31,659 nt of DNA from a virus (taxonomy: Duplodnaviria; Caudoviricetes). The stretch spans positions 1 to 31,659 of IMG/VR virus record IMGVR_UViG_3300048599_000205, one strand, 5' to 3'. A program made the translations under genes and the position numbers. The notes beneath the pieces were generated by a model, which was given only the letters and a program-made list of their open reading frames with translations, searched no databases and had not been told where the DNA came from. Of this stretch, positions 27,381-31,659 are shown one piece after another. The first letter of the stretch is position 1. Every line of letters starts with the position of its first letter.

Positions 27381-27926
27381 GTGTTGTTCGATATTATAAA
27401 CAAACTAGCCAGCCGCAAGCTGCTAGTGACCATCCTCACGATGCTCACCGCGCTGTTTAGCGGCCAGGTCATGCCAACATCGGACGGTAGCATGACTGCC
27501 ACTATGGCAGCCGTCGTAGCGGGTTCAATCTACGTCATCATGCAGGGGCTCGTTGACCGCAAGACTGCGGTCGTCAAGGCGACGGCCTCGGACGAACTCC
27601 AGTTGGCACTACGGCGATTCGAGACACTCTGTAAACAGTTCAGCTCGAACTCGACTGGAGTAGCTCCGACTGTGAACACGCAACCGAGTACCAGTGTCAA
27701 GTCGGTGCTTCCCGCCCTGTTGGCTATGCTCGCCGTTCCGGCACTCGTATCCTGCTCGGGCGTCGAGAAACCGGTGTGCTCACCAGCTACGCTCACTGCT
27801 ATCCAAGCCAAATACGCGGCGGAGTTGTTTGAGTCTTGCCATGGCAAGACCCTAGACAACTGCGATACCGACGCCATCGACAACAAGTACGCAGCTCTCA
27901 CTCAGGAGTGGGTCGAATGTCAGTAA
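27381..27926 (+). CDS. Holin-like two-TM protein fused to a lipoprotein-like C-terminal module
   Basis: KLASRKL...YVIMQGLVD holin-like motif; internal hydrophobic stretch plus LVSC lipobox (Cys at 27753). AAGGAG RBS before GTG 27381; alternative ATG 27366. Confidence 0.65.
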   Translation: MLFDIINKLASRKLLVTILTMLTALFSGQVMPTSDGSMTATMAAVVAGSIYVIMQGLVDRKTAVVKATASDELQLALRRFETLCKQFSSNSTGVAPTVNTQPSTSVKSVLPALLAMLAVPALVSCSGVEKPVCSPATLTAIQAKYAAELFESCHGKTLDNCDTDAIDNKYAALTQEWVECQ

Positions 27927-28126
27927 TAACCGACACCGTTACAAGTCTAGTAGCTAAACTATCAGTATCGGCAATCACGTCGCTCATCACCATCATCGAA
28001 GCGGCAATCGCGTCGGGTAATCCGGCACGATATCTCAAGCGATTAGCAGCGGCGCAAGCCGCTCAGGCGGCCACCAAGGCGACGGTCGGCGAAGCGCTCA
28101 AGCAGACGGCAAAGAAAGCCAAGTAA
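27917..28126 (+). CDS. Small amphipathic, basic-tailed protein (lysis-associated?)
   Basis: AGGAG RBS, ATG 27917, 69 aa; fills the gap before the portal gene. Confidence 0.65.
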   Translation: MSVITDTVTSLVAKLSVSAITSLITIIEAAIASGNPARYLKRLAAAQAAQAATKATVGEALKQTAKKAK

Positions 28127-28135
28127 CAGGTCCTC

Positions 28136-29629
28136 ATGTCACTACTCGACCGCCTCCGTGCGTCAATGGCCGCCACTCCGGGTATCATCAGGAACGCTGC
28201 TGGTGCGCTGCGAGCAGCAGCGGCACCGTCGTCGCCGCCCGCGATACTCGAAGAGGTATCCGCTGAGGACACCTCGTCATCAGGCGAGACGCTAACACCT
28301 CGCGATGAGGTACTAAGAGCGCACGGAGGCGGCGACTACTCAATATACGAGAAACTCCTTGAGGATGACCAGGTGAAGCCGTGCTTTCGGCAACGGCGCA
28401 CCGAGATCATTGCTCGAGAGTGGCGAGTCGACCCCGGTGGTGATGCCGATATCGATAAGCTCGCAGCGGATGACATACGCCGGCAATTGGGACAGATTAG
28501 TTGGGACCACACCTGCTACAAGATGCTTGGTGGACTCATCTACGGGTTCCGCGTCGGCGAGTGCATGTTTAGCGTCGACAGTAACGGACTCGTAAACCTC
28601 GACCGCATTCTCGTACGTCGCTCTGCGCGATTCAAGTTCGCCTCTGCAGACCGTACACTACGGCTATTAAGGAACGGCACACCGACACCGTTACCGCCGA
28701 ACAAGTTTTGGGTGTTCTCGTGCGGCGCCGAAGATGACGACGACCCGTATGGGTCGGGCCTTGGCGCTGCTCTGTACTGGCCGGTATGGCTCAAGCGAAA
28801 CGGACTAAAGTTCTGGTCGCAGTTCCTCGAACGCTTCGCGAATCCGACGCCGAAGGGCGTCGTGCCTCCTGGCACCAAAGAGGATGACCGGAACAAGCTC
28901 CTCGCCCTGCTCGGTCAGATCACCCATGGCGGCAAAATCGTCGTACCACGCGGCGTCGACATCGAGCTAATCCAAGCGGTGCGTTCGAGCGGCGGTGACT
29001 TCGAGCAGTTCGTCGCACGTCTCGACGCTGCCATCGCTAAGATCATCCTGCTGCAAACGATGACGACGGACAACGGTGCGTCGCTCTCACAGTCCGAAGT
29101 GCACTTCAAGGTGATGACGGCCGGAGCCAAGACCGATTCGGATCTGCTCGACGAGTCGTTCGTCAAACAGGTCGCTACCTGGCTCACGAACTGGAACTTC
29201 CCGGGAGCCAAGGTACCGCGCGTCTATCGCGACTTCACGGTTGCCCTAGACCTCAAGGCAATCGCAGACCGCGACAACATCCTGAATCAGATGGGTTACC
29301 GCCCAAGGTCGGCCTACGTCGCTGACGTCTACGGGGACAACTACGACTTCGTGCCGCCAGCGACGAATACAGCTAACGCGGGCGTTGCGTTCGCCGAGCC
29401 AGCGTTAGGTGATGGCACCGCATTCTCGCCGCAAGATGGTTGGCGGCGGCTTATGGGTCCTGAGGTCGACCGTATTGATACGCTGTTGGCAGACTGTCGC
29501 ACACTCGCAGACGTCAAGAAGCGTCTCGGTGAGCTCGCCACCGAAGACAATGCAGACCTAACCGAAGCGTTGGCGCGAATGCTCTTCGCGGCTAATGTTG
29601 CCGGCGACGCTGGGGCGCCACTCACATGA
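28136..29629 (+). CDS. Portal protein, Mu gp29 (DUF935) family
   Basis: YEKLLEDDQV....QRR, PYG.GL...LYWPV..KR.G.KFW..FLE.F..P and IL.QTMTTDNG.SLSQ..VH motifs. Confidence 0.95.
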   Translation: MSLLDRLRASMAATPGIIRNAAGALRAAAAPSSPPAILEEVSAEDTSSSGETLTPRDEVLRAHGGGDYSIYEKLLEDDQVKPCFRQRRTEIIAREWRVDPGGDADIDKLAADDIRRQLGQISWDHTCYKMLGGLIYGFRVGECMFSVDSNGLVNLDRILVRRSARFKFASADRTLRLLRNGTPTPLPPNKFWVFSCGAEDDDDPYGSGLGAALYWPVWLKRNGLKFWSQFLERFANPTPKGVVPPGTKEDDRNKLLALLGQITHGGKIVVPRGVDIELIQAVRSSGGDFEQFVARLDAAIAKIILLQTMTTDNGASLSQSEVHFKVMTAGAKTDSDLLDESFVKQVATWLTNWNFPGAKVPRVYRDFTVALDLKAIADRDNILNQMGYRPRSAYVADVYGDNYDFVPPATNTANAGVAFAEPALGDGTAFSPQDGWRRLMGPEVDRIDTLLADCRTLADVKKRLGELATEDNADLTEALARMLFAANVAGDAGAPLT

Positions 29630-30873
29630 GTGACGTTTCGCCATTCGGGCTCGCTCCGGAAGACGCGTTACGATGGTTCCGTCAGAAGGGGCTGAAACCT
29701 AGTTTCGATTGGCGAGACGTCTGGGCGGAACAACACGCGAAGGCGTTCACGGTCGCGAAAGCGACTCAGCTCGACGTATTAGCTGACCTCTATCAGGGAG
29801 TAAGCGACGCGCTGGCGAAAGGGCAGACGGTCGCCCAGTTCCGTAAGCAACTGAAGCCATTACTTCAATCGAAGGGCTGGTGGGGCGAGAAGGAAATGGC
29901 CGACCCTAAGACGGGAGAGTTGCGCACCGTGCAACTCGGCTCAGCTCGACGTCTACAGATCATTTATGACACCAACTTACGCACCGCTCATGCGGCTGCA
30001 CAATGGCAACGGGTTGAGCGAGTCGCGAAGGCTCGTCCTTGGTTGCGCTACGTCGCCATCGACGGAGATGGTCGCACACGGGCGCTGCACCTCAAGTGGA
30101 ACGGCACGACGCTACGGTGGGATGACCCGTGGTGGAAGACTCACTATCCGCCGAACGGATGGGGCTGTAGGTGCAAGGTTATCCAGCTCTCAGATCGCGA
30201 TCTAGAACGGTACGGCTTCACCCCTTCGAGTGCTGCTCCCAAGACGACGTACTCACTTTGGCACGACGAACGTAACGGCATTACCCGGAAGGTGCCGAAT
30301 GGCATCGACCCAGGATTCGACGTCAATGTCGGTCAGGCTCGAGGCGTGTGGTCGCCCGAGAAAGAGCCAGCAACTGACGACGTGCGGACGTTCCGTGACT
30401 ATGGTCGCCCACCTGCGCGCTCCGTCACTACTAGGGCACCAGCGGAAGAGAAATGGGACACTCCACACACTGACGCTGAACGTGCCGCGATGGGTGAGCG
30501 TTGGAATACTCTATTTGGAGCCGAAGAGGCGCCTGTGAAGGACCCGACCGGCGACCAAGCGTTGTTCACGAAGAGGTATCTCGACTACCTGCTAAAGAAG
30601 GGCGATACGAACACCGATATACGGCGAGTAACGTTCGTTCCTCAAGCGAGAGCAGCGGTCGAAAACCCGTACGAAATATGGCTTGTCCCACACCGCCGCA
30701 AGGACGGCTCGGTTACACTTCGGAAACGCTACATTCAGCTCGTCGATAACGGTTCTGCAGATGGCTATATCGTCGTCGTTGACCGTTCAGATGACGGGTA
30801 CGTCGCGTGGACGTCATACCCGAAGAACAACATCGATAAACAGCGCGCTGGGTACCTACTATGGTCGCGCTGA
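29626..30873 (+). CDS. MuF (gp30) head morphogenesis protein with C-terminal PBECR2-like nuclease-fold domain
   Basis: SFDWRDVW..QHA.AFTVAK, RL..IYDTN.R and PPNGWGCRC motifs; C-terminal NPYEIW...RKRYI...VV...WT.Y...KQR.GYLLW.R. Confidence 0.88.
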   Translation: MSDVSPFGLAPEDALRWFRQKGLKPSFDWRDVWAEQHAKAFTVAKATQLDVLADLYQGVSDALAKGQTVAQFRKQLKPLLQSKGWWGEKEMADPKTGELRTVQLGSARRLQIIYDTNLRTAHAAAQWQRVERVAKARPWLRYVAIDGDGRTRALHLKWNGTTLRWDDPWWKTHYPPNGWGCRCKVIQLSDRDLERYGFTPSSAAPKTTYSLWHDERNGITRKVPNGIDPGFDVNVGQARGVWSPEKEPATDDVRTFRDYGRPPARSVTTRAPAEEKWDTPHTDAERAAMGERWNTLFGAEEAPVKDPTGDQALFTKRYLDYLLKKGDTNTDIRRVTFVPQARAAVENPYEIWLVPHRRKDGSVTLRKRYIQLVDNGSADGYIVVVDRSDDGYVAWTSYPKNNIDKQRAGYLLWSR

Positions 30874-30879
30874 AGCCAC

Positions 30880-30916
30880 AAAAAGTCGCCGGAGGCCAAG
30901 CCCTGTGACCTCCGAC
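30880..30916 (-). terminator. Intrinsic terminator, minus strand
   Basis: GTCGGAGGTCA-CAGGGCT-TGGCCTCCGGC (11 bp, 2 G-U) followed by GAC-TTTTT. Confidence 0.65.
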
Positions 30917-30990
30917 ACGTGTCCCAAGATTAGCGAGGCGGGGACCTCTCTCGGGATCGCATCCATAGGATGCCACCACGCTCACCGACG
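30880..30990 (-). ncRNA. Candidate structured small RNA convergent on the MuF-nuclease gene
   Basis: Three stems on the minus strand; the mismatches in two of them resolve as G-U pairs on that strand. Ends in stem plus UUUUU. TAGATT -10-like box at 31000-30995. Confidence 0.5.
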
Positions 30991-31248
30991 CTCAAATCTA
31001 GACCTAACTACTTTCAATCTGGCTGCAAAAACGAGCCACCAACGCGCCCGGACTGTCGAAGAGAGCCGTACGACGGGACAAATCAAAATCGAGCCAAATT
31101 ACCGGCTGTTTGTCAGTTCGGATCACCGCTCTGAGGGTCGTGTCAAAATGATCCGAACCTACCCAACTGCGGCGAGTCGGCGAACAGAGCGAAAAAAACG
31201 GATACTTGCGGCAAATTGTGACGAATCGCCGCGTCCGCCGAGCGCTAC

Positions 31249-31268
31249 TTTGACAGTCTCTTGGCCAA
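31249..31268 (+). promoter_or_regulatory. Internal copy of the end-type (transposase-binding) motif
   Basis: TTTGACAG-TCTCT-TGGCCAA matches the terminal consensus and is inverted relative to the right-end sites. Confidence 0.75.
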
Positions 31269-31591
31269 TTTCGACCAAACTCGACAGATCGGTCGACGTA
31301 ACGAATCGCTCATGTTTCAGGCGGGTTCGTCAGTTCGGATCGCAAATACCTCGAAAAATGGTCACATTGCTGGCCGAGCGCCGCCCTTCCGTCGTCCGCA
31401 CGCACGAGCGACCGTCCGCAGCTTCCCCTCGATTGGCGCGCCCATGTGCGCCTCTAGCGCGTCGTAGCTCTGACCTGACCAATCCCCACGACGACCAGGC
31501 AAATCGGCTCTAGAGGGCGCGGCTGGCCCTACAGCTCACTATCTCGTCTCGACTTGTCCCGCGTCGTCCCGGTGCGTCCCCCCAAATCCCG

Positions 31592-31639
31592 CCTTGGCCA
31601 AACCCCTGTCAAACCTGGCCAACACCCTGTCCCCTTACA
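31592..31639 (-). repeat. Right terminal inverted repeat with two tandem putative transposase-binding sites
   Basis: Reverse complement TGTAAGGGGACAGGGTGTTGGCCAGGTTTGACAGGGGTTTGGCCAAGG; terminal CA at 31638-39. Confidence 0.93.
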
Positions 31640-31659
31640 ACTTTGAAAAACGCGGCGTC

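Larger units (their letters stand above)
21..31639. mobile_element. Complete Mu-like transposable phage/prophage (contractile tail), 31,619 bp
   Basis: Starts TGTA at 21 and ends TACA at 31639. Matching terminal inverted repeats. Contains MuA DDE transposase, MuB ATPase, ner, mor, gemA, gp26-gp30 homologues and a full head/tail gene set. Confidence 0.95.

Noticed and set aside
30880-30990. Possible tRNA or known ribozyme
   Set aside because: No T-loop (TTCRA), acceptor stem or hammerhead core seen; kept only as an unclassified structured RNA candidate.
30683-31513. 276-aa + strand ORF after MuF, considered as an immunity gene
   Set aside because: Overlaps MuF by 190 bp, is Arg/Ser/Thr-rich with no recognisable motif, and runs across repeats and end-binding sites; likely spurious.

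Overview
The window is a complete, compact (31,619 bp, 21..31639) Mu-like transposable myovirus-type (pro)phage with 20 bp of flank on each side. It has 5'-TG...CA-3' ends and 48-bp imperfect terminal inverted repeats made of tandem GACAG-N5-TGGCCA sites; no target-site duplication is visible. The layout differs from Mu. The repressor/ner switch is central. The right arm (+) carries ner, small early genes, transposase A, MuB, gemA, mor, then packaging genes (gp26, gp27, terminase, portal, MuF) with lysis genes interleaved. The left arm (-) carries protease/scaffold, capsid, head completion and a P2-type contractile tail/baseplate ending in an Asp-box tail fibre. Most interesting signals: (1) a MuF protein with a C-terminal PBECR2-like nuclease domain has no immunity ORF but is met head-on by a ~110-nt structured, terminator-ended minus-strand RNA candidate (possible RNA antitoxin); (2) three copies of a 14-bp motif sit at fixed spacing before late operons (candidate Mor-activated, partly leaderless promoters); (3) a holin-like gene is fused to an internal lipoprotein; (4) a peptidoglycan-binding domain is inserted in the baseplate hub; (5) a hairpin-dense intergenic region lies at the genome midpoint beside a SLATT-like moron; (6) a GGGAAAC -1 frameshift site lies in the tail chaperone gene. 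All family assignments come from motif recognition by eye; no database search was run.
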